A stretch of DNA of 64,000 nucleotides from Deltaproteobacteria bacterium (GCA_029261855.1 JAJDAN010000021.1:193923-257922), one strand, 5' to 3'; numbered from the stretch's first letter, positions 1-11,883 are shown. Numbers and translations: made by a program. The notes: generated from the sequence alone by a model not told the origin.

Positions 1-1112
1 TCGATGGTCGCGTACTCGTTGACGTGCACGCTGCCGACCTCGGCCACCCGCCCCACGTCGTTGCGGCCGAGATCCACGAGCATCACGTGTTCGGACCGCT
101 CCTTCGGGTCCGCCAGCAGCTCGGTCTCCATCGCAACGTCGTCGTCGGGCGTGCGTCCTCGACGACGAGTGCCCGCGATCGGCCGCACGTCGACCTTGCG
201 GCCCTCGAGTCGGGTCAAGATCTCGGGTGACGACCCCACCAGCTCGGCGCCCGCCAGGCGCACGTAGAACAGGTACGGGCTGGGATTGATCGAGCGCAGG
301 TGCCGGTAGAGCCAGAACGAGTCGACCTGCTGCGGGACCCGGAACTGCTGGGCGAGCACCACCTGGAAGATGTCGCCCGCCTCGATGTAGCGCTTGCTCT
401 TCTCGACGATGCCCTGGTACTGGTCCTCGCTCATGCTGCGCTCGACGTCCATCGGCTCGCTGACGGCCTTGCGCACCGGGTCCGCGGCCAGGGGCTCTCG
501 CAACAACCGCACGGTGCCTTCGATCGCCGCGGCGGCCTCGCGGTAGCGGGCCGCGGGGTCGTCTCCGTCGCGCAGATGGACGTGACGGATGATGAGCGCC
601 GTGTGCCGGATGTTGTCGAAGACGACGACGGTCTCGGGCAGCACGAAGCTCAGGTCGGGGAGCCCGAGTTCATCGGGGTTCGGATCCGGCAGGCGCTCGA
701 CGTGGCGCACCCAGTCGTAGGCGATCATGCCGACCGCGCCGCCGATGAAGCGCGGCCACTCGCCTTCCGGCGTGACGTGGTGCAGCCCCGCCAGCTTCTC
801 GCGCAAGAACTCGAGGGGGTCCCCCGGGACGCTCACCTCTTCGGTGCGCTTGTCGCCGTCCACCCATTCGACCCACGTGACACGCGAGCCCCGAGCGGTG
901 AACGTCGCGCGCGCACCGGTCCCGAGGAAGCTGTAGCGAGCCCACTTCTCGCCGCCCTCGACCGACTCCAGCAGGAAGCTGGTGCGGCCGTCGTCCAGTC
1001 GCCGGAACAGCGAGAGGGGGGTGTCCAGGTCGGCGAGGACCTCGCGCGCGACCGGGATCAGGTTGCCGCGCTGCGCGAGGGATTCGAACTCTTCGAGGGA
1101 CGGGCGGAGCAC
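1..1112 (-). CDS. trpE: Anthranilate synthase component I, N-terminal ~370 codons (3' end lies beyond window start)
   Basis: The minus-strand frame is open from GTG (1112-1110) to position 1. It is absent from the ORF track because it has no stop in the window. My translation reads VLRPSLEEFESLAQRGNLIPVAREVLADLDTPLSLF...GDIFQVVLAQQF...INPSPYLFYV...PIAGTRRRG...ELLADPKERSEHVMLVDLGRNDVGRVAEVGSV, which are the conserved TrpE/chorismate-binding blocks. The + ORF 300..1256 is its antisense shadow. Confidence 0.9.
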   Translation of the reverse strand, partial: MLRPSLEEFESLAQRGNLIPVAREVLADLDTPLSLFRRLDDGRTSFLLESVEGGEKWARYSFLGTGARATFTARGSRVTWVEWVDGDKRTEEVSVPGDPLEFLREKLAGLHHVTPEGEWPRFIGGAVGMIAYDWVRHVERLPDPNPDELGLPDLSFVLPETVVVFDNIRHTALIIRHVHLRDGDDPAARYREAAAAIEGTVRLLREPLAADPVRKAVSEPMDVERSMSEDQYQGIVEKSKRYIEAGDIFQVVLAQQFRVPQQVDSFWLYRHLRSINPSPYLFYVRLAGAELVGSSPEILTRLEGRKVDVRPIAGTRRRGRTPDDDVAMETELLADPKERSEHVMLVDLGRNDVGRVAEVGSVHVNEYATI

Positions 1113-1155
1113 CCCAGCCTCTGGGTTTGGGGAGAGAAAGGTGAAGGAAATCCGG

Positions 1156-1184
1156 TTGTTACCAGAGCCCCGGGGGACCGTCAA
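1156..1184 (-). promoter_or_regulatory. Candidate sigma70-type promoter for trpE
   Basis: On the minus strand the region reads TTGACG (1184-1179), a 17-nt spacer, then TAACAA (1161-1156), about 45 nt upstream of the trpE GTG. The -10 is weak (last base A). This is a motif match only. Confidence 0.25.
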
Positions 1185-1252
1185 CTCGGGTGCGGGGCGG
1201 TCGCGCCTCGAGACACGCGCCGAGAGGCCGCCAGACGGGCAGCGGCGGCGGG

Positions 1253-3766
1253 CTAGAAGAGCCCGGTCCCGAACATGCCGCCGTCCTTGAACGGGTTCTC
1301 GCGGTCCATCCCGAAGCCGAGGAAGGTGAAGTTGAGGCCGTAGCGCAGTCCCTGGACCCGGTTGTCGTCCACCAGGGCCTGGATCGCCCAACAGCGGCAC
1401 TCCGAGGTGTACTCGATGGCGCCGCGGTTGGTGAGCAGGATGTCGCGGTGAAAGCTGTAGCCGGCCTGGTACTGCAGGGCCCACTGCTCGCTGAGGCGCA
1501 GGCGGGTACCGGCGGTCAGCTGGTCGATGCGGGTGAACGAGGAACGGAAGCGACCGAAGCTGCCGCTGGCATTCTCGACCTGCTCGAGCCCCTTGAAGTT
1601 CTCGAAGAACAGCCCGACCGCCTGGCGGTAGCGATACCCGACACTCAGACGGCTGTGCCGCTGCAGGCCCGGCAACCGGTCTACGGGCAGCGAGATGTCC
1701 ACCGAGCCCTGGTCGACCCGCGTCTTGTCGAGGTCGTAGGCGACCCCGAAGCTGGTGACCACGCCATTCCAGGGCATCGTGCGACCCTCGGCGATGGCGA
1801 GGCCGAACTCGCCACTGCCGCGGAAGTCATAGCCGACGGACAGGTCCAGCTCGCCCAGCAGCTGCGGCCCCGTTTCCGTCTGGCGATAGAAGTGGTTCCC
1901 GAAGCCGAGAGTCACCACGTTCGCCGGGTCGATGCGGTCCGCATCGTCGAGCACCAGGTTGTCGAGGCTCAGCTGGCGCAAGCGCTTCTGGGGAACTTTC
2001 GTCGCCGGGACGAAGAACGGGTTCTGGGCCTGACTCGTCTTCTCGATGTAGGCCCAGCCCGCCCGGGGCTCGAGCAGATGAATGAGGGGCGGCAGCCCGG
2101 GCAGATCGAACTGGCCTCGCAGCTGGCTCTGGATGTCCACGCGACCGGTGACGAAGCCGCGATCGGCGAAGTTCTGGGCGGCGGTGGAATAGAGGGTCTG
2201 GTGCCAGCCGACCTCGGGTCGCACGTCGAGGGCGTCGAAGAGCCGGAACGAATGGCCGACGTGCGGATTCAGGACGAGGCGCTGCCCCTTGTCGTTGATG
2301 GGCTCGCCTTCCTGGAAGACGAGGTCGTCGACGCCGAGCTTCTGGCGCTGGTTCGGGTCCATGAAGGGATCCCCGCCCAGGGACGGGATGCCGATGTCGA
2401 CGAAGCGATTGTCACCGACCACGCCTCCCGAGGTCGGTGTCAGCTGCAGGACGGTGCTCGCACGCTTGTAGGCGTAGAAATTCGCGTAATCGACCTCGAA
2501 GCCGAACTCGACCCCCGCGACGTCCTCGAGCCGGGTCGGCAGCCAGGCCAGCTGTGCGGCGCCAGCCCGGTTCAGCAGGTACTCGTCGCGGTCCACCCGG
2601 TCCGGGTTCTGCCGGTCGTCCCGGTAGACGGCGGCGACCACCGCGCCGAAGGACTCGTCCTCGCCGAAGTGATCGAAGCCGAAAGCCGTCGACTGGGCGA
2701 AGCGGTCGCGACGGCGATCCGCAAACTCGTCGAAGTCCCGGTAGTACTCGTTGTCCGAGGCCACCTCGATGTCCGACCGCAGGCGGGGGCCGAAGGGAAG
2801 CACGATGTCGTTGTCGAGGCCCACGCCCCAGCGGTCCGGGTGGTACAGGTTCTTCTGCTGGTTGAGCGGGTCGGGCTGTGCGCCAGGGACCGGGTTCGGT
2901 GTCTGGGTCTGGCTGCTGAAGGTGTCGGGATTCTGGTCGCGCAGGTAGCTCAGGAACAGATCCGTCGAGGACGCCTGGCCGTAGACGGTCTCGACCAGCA
3001 GCTCGGGCTTGAAGCCGCCCTCGCTCATGTAGCGGGGTGTGAAGATCACGTTCACGTTGTCGCGCGCGGCCCAGAAGAAGGGCACGGCGACCTCGACGCC
3101 GTTGCGACCGCCCATCCGCAGCTCCGGCGGCAGCAGGCCTGTCGCGCGATCGGTCTTCACCGGGAACGCTGCCCAGGGCAGCCAGACCGCCGGCACGCCG
3201 AGGACGTCGATCGTCGAGTTCGTCACCGTCGCATAGCCGCCGATCTCGACGTCGGCCTCGTCGGCGTTGATCACCCAGGGCAGGCGGTCGGCATCGTCGG
3301 GACAGCGACACGTCGTCATGCTGACGTCGCTCCCCTCGTAGCTGTCCGCGGACGTCTTCACGAGTTCACCCGCGGCGACCCGGAAGTCCGCCTCGCCCAG
3401 GTCGAGGCGACCCGACAGCACGAGCCCCTGCTGCGCCGTGTTGTCGAACTCGATGAAGCGCGCCTCGAGGACGTCCCCACCTTCGACGGCGCGCACATTG
3501 CCGGCCGCGATCCCTCGCCGGGTCAGACGGTTGAAGACGATCCAGTCGGCATCGATGCGGCGGCCTTCCTGGACGACCCGGACCGACCCCTCGGCGACGT
3601 AGACCTGCCGGGCGTTCTCGTAGACGATCTGATCCGCGGTGATCTCGATGGGCGCGTCCCGGCGCAGATCGCGCTCGGCGGACCGGGCCGACCCGGGCGG
3701 GCCGAGCACGCAGGCCGCCGCCAGGAGCAGCCCTGAGAACCTACGCAGCGACAAGTGTCCCCCCAC
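1253..3766 (-). CDS. lptD: LPS-assembly outer-membrane protein LptD (OstA/Imp)
   Basis: 837-aa ORF with a signal-like N-terminus (LLLAAACVLGPPG). It has an OstA-like N-domain (IEITADQIVYENARQVYVAEGSVRVVQEGRRIDADWIVFN) and a long beta-barrel-type C-terminus ending in an aromatic residue (GTGLF). The start is GTG at 3766; a nearby TTG is also possible. Confidence 0.9.
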   Translation of the reverse strand: MGGHLSLRRFSGLLLAAACVLGPPGSARSAERDLRRDAPIEITADQIVYENARQVYVAEGSVRVVQEGRRIDADWIVFNRLTRRGIAAGNVRAVEGGDVLEARFIEFDNTAQQGLVLSGRLDLGEADFRVAAGELVKTSADSYEGSDVSMTTCRCPDDADRLPWVINADEADVEIGGYATVTNSTIDVLGVPAVWLPWAAFPVKTDRATGLLPPELRMGGRNGVEVAVPFFWAARDNVNVIFTPRYMSEGGFKPELLVETVYGQASSTDLFLSYLRDQNPDTFSSQTQTPNPVPGAQPDPLNQQKNLYHPDRWGVGLDNDIVLPFGPRLRSDIEVASDNEYYRDFDEFADRRRDRFAQSTAFGFDHFGEDESFGAVVAAVYRDDRQNPDRVDRDEYLLNRAGAAQLAWLPTRLEDVAGVEFGFEVDYANFYAYKRASTVLQLTPTSGGVVGDNRFVDIGIPSLGGDPFMDPNQRQKLGVDDLVFQEGEPINDKGQRLVLNPHVGHSFRLFDALDVRPEVGWHQTLYSTAAQNFADRGFVTGRVDIQSQLRGQFDLPGLPPLIHLLEPRAGWAYIEKTSQAQNPFFVPATKVPQKRLRQLSLDNLVLDDADRIDPANVVTLGFGNHFYRQTETGPQLLGELDLSVGYDFRGSGEFGLAIAEGRTMPWNGVVTSFGVAYDLDKTRVDQGSVDISLPVDRLPGLQRHSRLSVGYRYRQAVGLFFENFKGLEQVENASGSFGRFRSSFTRIDQLTAGTRLRLSEQWALQYQAGYSFHRDILLTNRGAIEYTSECRCWAIQALVDDNRVQGLRYGLNFTFLGFGMDRENPFKDGGMFGTGLF

Positions 3767-3892
3767 ACCCGGATCGAGCGTGGGGCGAAGCTATCAGAGG
3801 CGTTCGCGCAGGGGCAACGCAGGCTCCAGCGTCCCGCCACAGGCGCGCGAGGCCAGGGCCTGTGGGCCGTGGAGGGCGAGCGCTGTCCGCGA

Positions 3893-4525
3893 TCAGGCCG
3901 GTGCGTCGAGGCAGGCCGACAGCTTCTCCACGTCCGGTGTCGTCAGGACGTCGTCCACCAGGCGGACCAGCTTCTGGTCCAGCAGCTGGTGCAGCGCCCG
4001 GTGTGCTTCGAGCATGGTGAGGCCGGATTCCCGGGCCAGGCTGCGGAGGGTTCCCGCGATGGTAAAGCCCCCGTCGCCCTGCGCCGCGTTGCGGACCAGA
4101 GCCCGGACGACCGGGCGCAGCAGGTCGTCGACCCCCAGGGCCGACAGTCTCCGCTCGGAATCGATCAGCCGGTCCGTCAGGCGTCGGATGATGCGGATCG
4201 CGATCTCCGGACGCTCCACGCACATCGCTTCGAGGGTGGCGCCGTCCAGCTCCAGCAGGCGACAGGGCGTGATGGCTACGGCGCGGGCCGTGCGCGGCTC
4301 GCTCACGACGACGCTCATCTCCCCGAAGAACTCGCCGCATCCCAGGCGCGCCACGGCCTGGCGCCCCATCAAGCCGAGGCGGGTCAGCTCGACCTCGCCG
4401 GACTGGATGACGAACAGGACTTCTCCAGGGTCGCCCTCCTCGAAGATGACGGCACCTGCATCGAAGCTGCGCTCGTAGGTATTTCGAACCAGAATCTGGG
4501 TGCTCTCGACAGCCAACGGTCCCAT
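3893..4525 (-). CDS. Cyclic nucleotide-binding domain protein (Crp/Fnr-like, no obvious canonical HTH)
   Basis: It has a canonical cNMP phosphate-binding cassette, GEFFGEMSVVVSEPRTARAVA, preceded by FEEGDPGEVLFVIQSGEVEL. Length 210 aa. Confidence 0.8.
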   Translation of the reverse strand: MGPLAVESTQILVRNTYERSFDAGAVIFEEGDPGEVLFVIQSGEVELTRLGLMGRQAVARLGCGEFFGEMSVVVSEPRTARAVAITPCRLLELDGATLEAMCVERPEIAIRIIRRLTDRLIDSERRLSALGVDDLLRPVVRALVRNAAQGDGGFTIAGTLRSLARESGLTMLEAHRALHQLLDQKLVRLVDDVLTTPDVEKLSACLDAPA

Positions 4526-4607
4526 CGCCTCCCCACGCCTGGGATCGTCCCGCCGGATGGCCCGCTTTAGGGACTCTTTCGCGGGGCCCCTCGGGCCGGC
4601 AGCGAGG

Positions 4608-5180
4608 CTACGAGCCCGACCGAAGCCGGGTCACGAGACTCTCGAGGTCAGCCACCTCGATGAGCCCGACATGCTCCATTTCGATGGTGCCGTCGGGCGC
4701 GAGGACGTACAGGGTGGGAAAGCCGAGCGCCCCGAAGCGCCGGGCGAGCTCCTCGCCCCCCACCAGGACGTCGTACTGCACGTCCTTCTGCGTGACCCAT
4801 TCCCCGACGACCTCCGGACCTTCCACGTCCACGGAAACCCCCAGGACGACGACGTCGGGTTCGCTGGCGTGGGACTCGCGAAAGGCGTTGAGCTCGGGCA
4901 CCTGGAATTCGCACGGCGGACACCAGGTCGCCCAGAAATCGAGCACCACGATCTTGCCGCGCAGCTCGTCGGACCGGACGAGGTCGCCGTCGAGGTTCGC
5001 CAGCGCGAACTCCGGCGCGGCGCGACGTTCCGCGGCAGCGGTCGGCTCTGGCTCGGTCTCCGGCGCCAAGGCTGCAGCCGGAAGGCCCTCCGCTTCGACG
5101 GGGGCATCCACCGGTTCGGCCGCACTGCATGCGAGCAGCAGCGAGATCAGCAAGACCAGAACGAGGGTCGCAAGCCTCAT
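4608..5180 (-). CDS. TlpA/redoxin-family thiol:disulfide oxidoreductase, lipoprotein
   Basis: It carries the thioredoxin motif FWATWCPPC. I start it at the internal ATG 5180 (MRLATLVLVLLISLLLAC, lipobox LLAC) rather than the track start at 5321. Confidence 0.85.
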   Translation of the reverse strand: MRLATLVLVLLISLLLACSAAEPVDAPVEAEGLPAAALAPETEPEPTAAAERRAAPEFALANLDGDLVRSDELRGKIVVLDFWATWCPPCEFQVPELNAFRESHASEPDVVVLGVSVDVEGPEVVGEWVTQKDVQYDVLVGGEELARRFGALGFPTLYVLAPDGTIEMEHVGLIEVADLESLVTRLRSGS

Positions 5181-5348
5181 GAAACCTCGGGCGTCCGGGA
5201 GAAAGGCGTGCAAAAGCAAGGCGTACCCAGGAGGGTCGCCATTCGGGCGGAGTCCCGCCAGTGTTCGTGCCCGCGACAGGGACGTGGCGCTGGATCGCTC
5301 ATCCCGAGCGGCCAGCAGCACGTCCCAGCGCAGATGGATCAGGCGCTA

Positions 5349-5377
5349 CCGTGCCTGGTCCGACCTACCAGGCACGG
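5349..5377 (-). terminator. Strong hairpin just downstream of the 5384..5806 gene (terminator-like, no U-tract)
   Basis: CCGTGCCTGGT (5349-5359) and ACCAGGCACGG (5367-5377) form a perfect 11-bp inverted repeat around a 7-nt loop. It begins 6 nt after the TAG stop on the minus strand. No T-run follows. Confidence 0.4.
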
Positions 5378-5396
5378 TCCGGCCTACCAGGCCTGG
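5349..5396. repeat. About 2.5 copies of a 19-nt tandem repeat spanning the stop codon of the 5384..5806 gene
   Basis: On the plus strand, TCCGACCTACCAGGCACGG (5359-5377) and TCCGGCCTACCAGGCCTGG (5378-5396) match at 16/19 positions. A partial copy, CCGTGCCTGG, lies at 5349-5358. Both full copies contain CTA (TAG on the coding strand). Confidence 0.6.
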
Positions 5397-5806
5397 TCAT
5401 AGTCCGGCTCGACCGGCGCCGCCGCGACGTCGAGGTTCTCTTCCTCGGCGTACTTCGGATGGCGCCCGAAGAATTCCAGGCTGTCCTCGCCCGTCAGGAT
5501 GTTCGGCGTGATCACGTAGTCGCCGAGCACACTCGGCGTCAGGACCACCATGGCGACCTCGTTGTCGCCACCCGAGAACGCCCAGGCGAGGCCACCGACC
5601 ACCAGGCCGCCGACCGCGTAGCAGAGCTTCACCGGTGCGTAGACGAGGCTTGCGAAGGCCGAGCCCACGCCGATCCCGGCGCTCTTCCCCATGCTTTCGG
5701 ATTCCTCGGCGAGTGCCGTGACCGGCGCCAACGCGAGCAGCACGCACAGGATTGCGCTGGCAGTCGCCAGACGCGTGTTTCGTTTCTTGGATGTACGGGT
5801 GTCCAT
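5384..5806 (-). CDS. Hypothetical secreted/membrane protein (Gly-zipper-like hydrophobic core, acidic C-terminus)
   Basis: The ORF has the SD AAGGAGAGG 5 nt upstream of ATG 5806. The N-terminus is signal-like (RLATASAILCVLLALAPVTALA). A GxxxG-rich segment (VGGLVVGGLAWAF) is present. I recognise no family. Confidence 0.6.
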   Translation of the reverse strand: MDTRTSKKRNTRLATASAILCVLLALAPVTALAEESESMGKSAGIGVGSAFASLVYAPVKLCYAVGGLVVGGLAWAFSGGDNEVAMVVLTPSVLGDYVITPNILTGEDSLEFFGRHPKYAEEENLDVAAAPVEPDYDQAW

Positions 5807-5934
5807 AACCTCTCCTTGGGCCACTCGAATGTGGCCTCGAACGGCGGTCTAAACCGCTGTTTCCCCCGGTGCGGAGTCTGACGCGTCCGGCGACGGAGAG
5901 CAAGCGCGCCGCGTCACAGAACGGCAGCCACGTG

Positions 5935-6372
5935 TCACACGTCGACGAGCAGGGTCACGGGCCCGTCGTTGGTGAGGTGGACCTGCATGTGCGCCCCGAA
6001 GCGACCGGTGATGACGGACACACCCTCCTGTCGCGCCGTGTCGATCAGTCTCGAGAGGAGCGGCTCCGCCACCTCGGGAGGGGCCGCTTCGCCAAAGAAC
6101 GGACGTCGACCCTTGCTGCAGTCCCCGTACAGGGTGAACTGTGAGACGACGCCGAGTGTGCCTCCCGCGTCCAGCAGCGACCGGTTCATGCGGCCCTCCG
6201 CGTCGGGCAGCACGCGCAGATGGACGAGCTTGCGCGCCATCTCGTCGGCGCGCGCGAGGTCGTCCCCCTGCTTGACGGCGACCAGGCACAGCAGCCCGGA
6301 GGACATGACTCCGACGACTTCGTCGTCCACCACCACCCGCGCCGATGCCACGCGCTGGACCACCGCGCGCAC
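5935..6372 (-). CDS. dtd: D-aminoacyl-tRNA deacylase
   Basis: 145 aa. MRAVVQRVASARVVVD...GLLCLVAV...SQFTLYGDCSKGRRPFF...GRFGAHMQVHLTNDGPVT matches the Dtd family throughout. GTG start. Confidence 0.9.
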   Translation of the reverse strand: MRAVVQRVASARVVVDDEVVGVMSSGLLCLVAVKQGDDLARADEMARKLVHLRVLPDAEGRMNRSLLDAGGTLGVVSQFTLYGDCSKGRRPFFGEAAPPEVAEPLLSRLIDTARQEGVSVITGRFGAHMQVHLTNDGPVTLLVDV

Positions 6373-6376
6373 CCGG

Positions 6377-6889
6377 TCAGATCTCGTCCTGGGCCGCGAA
6401 GCGTCCCTGGTACACGGCCGCCCCTTCGGTTCGCATCAGCACGAGCTGGCAGACCCGCACGCCCGCGTGGATGCGGAGCGAGCGACTGGAGACGTTGCTC
6501 ATCTCGAGCACCTGTCGGTTCTGCACGCCGGGCTGCACGAAGGCCGACGTGACGTGGACCATCAGCCCGAGCCGCGCGAAGCGACTTCGGCCTTCGAGGA
6601 AGCCGCAGAGATTGCTCGGCAGGGTCACCCGTTCGCACGTGATCCCGTGGATCGTGACGCCGGGCTCGAGCACGTAGGACTCGCGCAGGGAGCGCACTTC
6701 GGTGTGATCGCGGAAGTCGGTCTCGTCCCGGATCTCGATGGGCTCGCCGCCCGTCTCGATCACGCGGATCTCGTCGCCGAGAGTGAGATCGACGGACGCA
6801 ACGCCGATCTGATCGCTGGCGAGCGGGTCGATGATCACGCGCCCGGACTCGATCTCGCGCAGGATCACGTCTCGGGTCAGGACGGCCAT
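6377..6889 (-). CDS. dcd: dCTP deaminase
   Basis: MAVLTRDVILREIESGRVIIDP...ASVDLTLG...GFLEGRSRFARLGL is the typical Dcd pattern. I chose ATG 6889 by analogy with the Dcd N-terminus. ATG 6901 and GTG 6925 are alternatives, and GTG 6925 would overlap the divergent gene. Confidence 0.8.
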   Translation of the reverse strand: MAVLTRDVILREIESGRVIIDPLASDQIGVASVDLTLGDEIRVIETGGEPIEIRDETDFRDHTEVRSLRESYVLEPGVTIHGITCERVTLPSNLCGFLEGRSRFARLGLMVHVTSAFVQPGVQNRQVLEMSNVSSRSLRIHAGVRVCQLVLMRTEGAAVYQGRFAAQDEI

Positions 6890-6916
6890 CGGGGGCCGCA
6901 TGTTATCGTAAACGCG

Positions 6917-7756
6917 ATGTCCCACCCGTACTTCGGCTCATTCGACGCGCGACGGCCGATGATCCTCGGCCACCGGGGCGCCGCCGGGAACGCCCCCGAG
7001 AACACGCTCGCCGCCTTCGAACGCTGCCTCGCCGTCGGCGCCGACGCCATCGAGAGCGACGTCCAGGTCACCGCGGACGGTGTCCCGGTGCTGCTCCACG
7101 ACGCGCACCTCGATCGCGTCTCGGACCACTCCGGCGCGGTGTCTTCGCTGACCCTCGCGGACCTGGACGAGATCGACGCCGGCTATCACTTCGGGATCGA
7201 AGATCGCGGCCCCGCCGAGCCCCCGAACGACGCCGCCTTTCGGGGCCAGGGGCACCGGGTTCCCAGTGTCGAGGCCGCGTTTCGGGCTTTTCCGGACGCC
7301 CGTTTCAACCTCGAGATCAAGACATCCGAGCACGCGGCGATCGAGAAGGTCGTGGGGCTCGTCGCAGCCCTCGACCGCGCGGACCGCAGCCTGCTCGTCG
7401 CCGGTGACGACGCGATCATGCGACTGCTGCGAGAAGAGATCTCGCGGCAGGGGGTTCCGGTGGCCACCAGCGCCTCGCTCTCGGAAATCGTGGCGGTGGT
7501 GAAGTCGGCGGTCGAGGGCACACCGCCTCCGCCCGAGATCGAAGCCCTGCAGATCCCCGCTCATTTCGGCGGCGGAGAACTCGTCACGCCCGGGCTGATC
7601 GAGCACGCACACCGCCACGACGTCAAGATCCATGTCTGGACGGTGAACGAGGTCGAGGAGATGGAGCGTCTGCTCGACCTCGGCGTCGACGGACTCGTGA
7701 CGGACTTCCCCGAACGCACCGCCCTTCTGGTCGCGAAACGCACCGCGTCCCGGTGA
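6917..7756 (+). CDS. Glycerophosphodiester phosphodiesterase (GlpQ/UgpQ family)
   Basis: The true start is the internal ATG 6917 of track ORF 5969..7756. MILGHRGAAGNAPENTLAAFERCLAVGADAIESDVQVTADGVPVLLHD gives the GDPD HRG...ENT...E-D motifs. Confidence 0.85.
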   Translation: MSHPYFGSFDARRPMILGHRGAAGNAPENTLAAFERCLAVGADAIESDVQVTADGVPVLLHDAHLDRVSDHSGAVSSLTLADLDEIDAGYHFGIEDRGPAEPPNDAAFRGQGHRVPSVEAAFRAFPDARFNLEIKTSEHAAIEKVVGLVAALDRADRSLLVAGDDAIMRLLREEISRQGVPVATSASLSEIVAVVKSAVEGTPPPPEIEALQIPAHFGGGELVTPGLIEHAHRHDVKIHVWTVNEVEEMERLLDLGVDGLVTDFPERTALLVAKRTASR

Positions 7757-7820
7757 GCCCCGGCATTCCGCACTACCTCGTGAGTCCGGACACCGAACCC
7801 AGCCGGTTGGGTGCAGCCAG

Positions 7821-8348
7821 GTGAGCGAAGCGGCATCGTTCTTTGCGCAACACCGCGACGCCCTGCGCGAAGCCTGCGCACGGGGCCCCCTCGTCGATCT
7901 CGCCTGTGGCCGGGGGCGGCACGCCCTCGCCGCCGCGCGGGACGGCATCGCGACCGTCGCCATCGATCGCAACCCGGACTTCCTTGGCGAGCTGGCTCGG
8001 CAAGCGCGCAGCGAAGAGCTCCCCCTGCAGCCCGTGCGCTTCGACCTCGAACGCGGACACGCGCTGCCCTTGCGCGACCGCAGCTGCGCGGCCGCGCTGG
8101 TCTTCCGCTACCTCCACCGCCCCCTCGCCCCCGCCATTGCCCGGCTCTTGATGCCCGGCGGCTGGCTGCTCTACGAAACTTTCACCCGGGACCAGCTCGC
8201 GCGTGAAGGCGGCCCGCGCAACCCGGACTTCCTGCTCGAGCCCGGCGAGCTTCCCCGGCTGTTTCCCGGGCTCGAGATCGTCGCCCACGAAGAGGGTGTG
8301 CACGACGGCGCCGCGACCGCCCGCCTGCTGGCCCGGGCTCCCGCCTGA
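7821..8348 (+). CDS. Class I SAM-dependent methyltransferase (small, TehB-like)
   Basis: SAM-binding motif I is LVDLACGRGRHALAAARDG, followed by an acidic loop (AIDRN). 175 aa. Confidence 0.7.
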   Translation: MSEAASFFAQHRDALREACARGPLVDLACGRGRHALAAARDGIATVAIDRNPDFLGELARQARSEELPLQPVRFDLERGHALPLRDRSCAAALVFRYLHRPLAPAIARLLMPGGWLLYETFTRDQLAREGGPRNPDFLLEPGELPRLFPGLEIVAHEEGVHDGAATARLLARAPA

Positions 8349-8351
8349 GGC

Positions 8352-9424
8352 TCAGCGCGCGTCGATCCGTTCGAGCGCCCAGCGTGCGTGGGCGGCGAGA
8401 TCCGCATCCTCGTCGGCGGCGAGCTGGGCGACCCGCGGCCGCACGGAGGCATCGGCCCGGTTGCCTGCGACGACGAGGGCGTTGCGCAGCAGGCCCCGCC
8501 GCTTCGCGCGCCGCAGCGCAGACCGGCGAGTGGCCGCCTGCCAGGCCCCCTCGTCCAGCCCCAGCACCCAGTCGAGCGACGGCGTCTGCCATTCGGAACG
8601 CGCCGAGAGGCGCACTCGCAGGCCCAGTGGATCCGGCAGAGCCGCCCGCCCGTCCCGGGCGTTGCGTGCGTTGCGCTCGTTGAAAGGACACACGTCCTGG
8701 CACACGTCGCAGCCGAACAGCCAGTCCCCCTGCCCGTCCCGCAGCGACTCGGGGATCGGCGCCGGGCTCTCGATCGTCGTGTACGAGATGCAGCGCGTGG
8801 CGTCGAGTACGTGGGGCGCGACGAAGGCGTCGGTGGGACAGGCGTCCAGGCACGCCCGACAGGTTCCGCAGTGGTCGGGCTCGCGTGCGTCCGGGGTCAT
8901 GTCCAGGTCCGTCAGGAGGACTCCCAGAAAGACGTGGGACCCGTGGGCGGGATGGATCAGCATCGTGTTCTTCCCGATCCATCCGAGCCCGGCGTCGGCC
9001 GCGAAGGCGCGTTCCTGGACGGGACCCGTGTCGACGTAGCAACGCGTGTCCAGGGCGCGGCCGTGGAAGGCTTCGAGGCCGGCGGCCAGGGCGCGCAGGC
9101 GATCGAGCAGCACGTCGTGGTAGTCGTCACCCCGGGCGTAGCGCGCGATGCGGGGGCCCGTGGCCGGCGGACTGCCGTCGTCGAACACGAAGCCCACCGC
9201 CACCACGCTGCGTGCACCCGGCAAGACCCGACGCGGATCCTCGCGCTCGTCGAGCCGGCGCAGGACGTAGTCGAGCGGGCCGCCCTCCGGACCGCCGTAG
9301 CCGTCGGCCGCCCAACTCCTCACGAAGCGCGTCTCGTCGCTGGCCCGCGCCGCCGCCACACCGGCGAGATCGAAGCCCACGGCGCGCGCCAGGCGCTTCG
9401 CCGCTTCCGCCGATCGGTCGGGGT

Positions 9425-9428
<4 letters not shown>
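8352..9428 (-). CDS. queG: Epoxyqueuosine reductase (tRNA queuosine biosynthesis)
   Basis: It has two 4Fe-4S ferredoxin motifs (CGTCRACLDACPTDAF, CDVCQDVCPFN), CISYTTIE, and C-terminal HEAT-like ALVVAGN. I start it at GTG 9428, which forms a GTGA overlap with the exosortase stop. The track start at 9512 would overlap that gene by 88 nt. Confidence 0.9.
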
Positions 9429-11786
<2,358 letters not shown>

Positions 11787-11883
11787 TGGGACCCCTTGAC
11801 TGAACGCGGGCTGACGGTCGGCCGAAGAGACCCTACAGCCCGTCGCCGAAGACCCAACCCTCGTTGAACCCAGGAGCCCCCGG

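Noticed and set aside
1190-3736. An 848-aa + strand ORF, among the longest in the track.
   Set aside because: It is exactly antisense to lptD. The translation is Arg/Ala/Gly/Asp/His-rich low-complexity sequence with no recognisable motif, whereas the minus-strand product matches LptD end to end. This is the typical shadow ORF of GC-rich DNA. The same reasoning rejects 19901..21598, 22350..24026, 30949..33555, 33939..35138, 45959..47359, 50400..52427, 57360..58937, 61465..62883 and similar ORFs.
5969-6916. A long N-terminal extension of the glycerophosphodiesterase ORF (the track lists 5969..7756, 595 aa).
   Set aside because: The upstream 316 codons overlap dtd and dcd on the other strand and have shadow-ORF composition. 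The GDPD domain begins right after the internal ATG 6917. Analogous N-terminal trimming was applied to many other track ORFs (e.g. 59492..61654, 36647..37858, 54579..55676, 32158..33669, 19916..21820).
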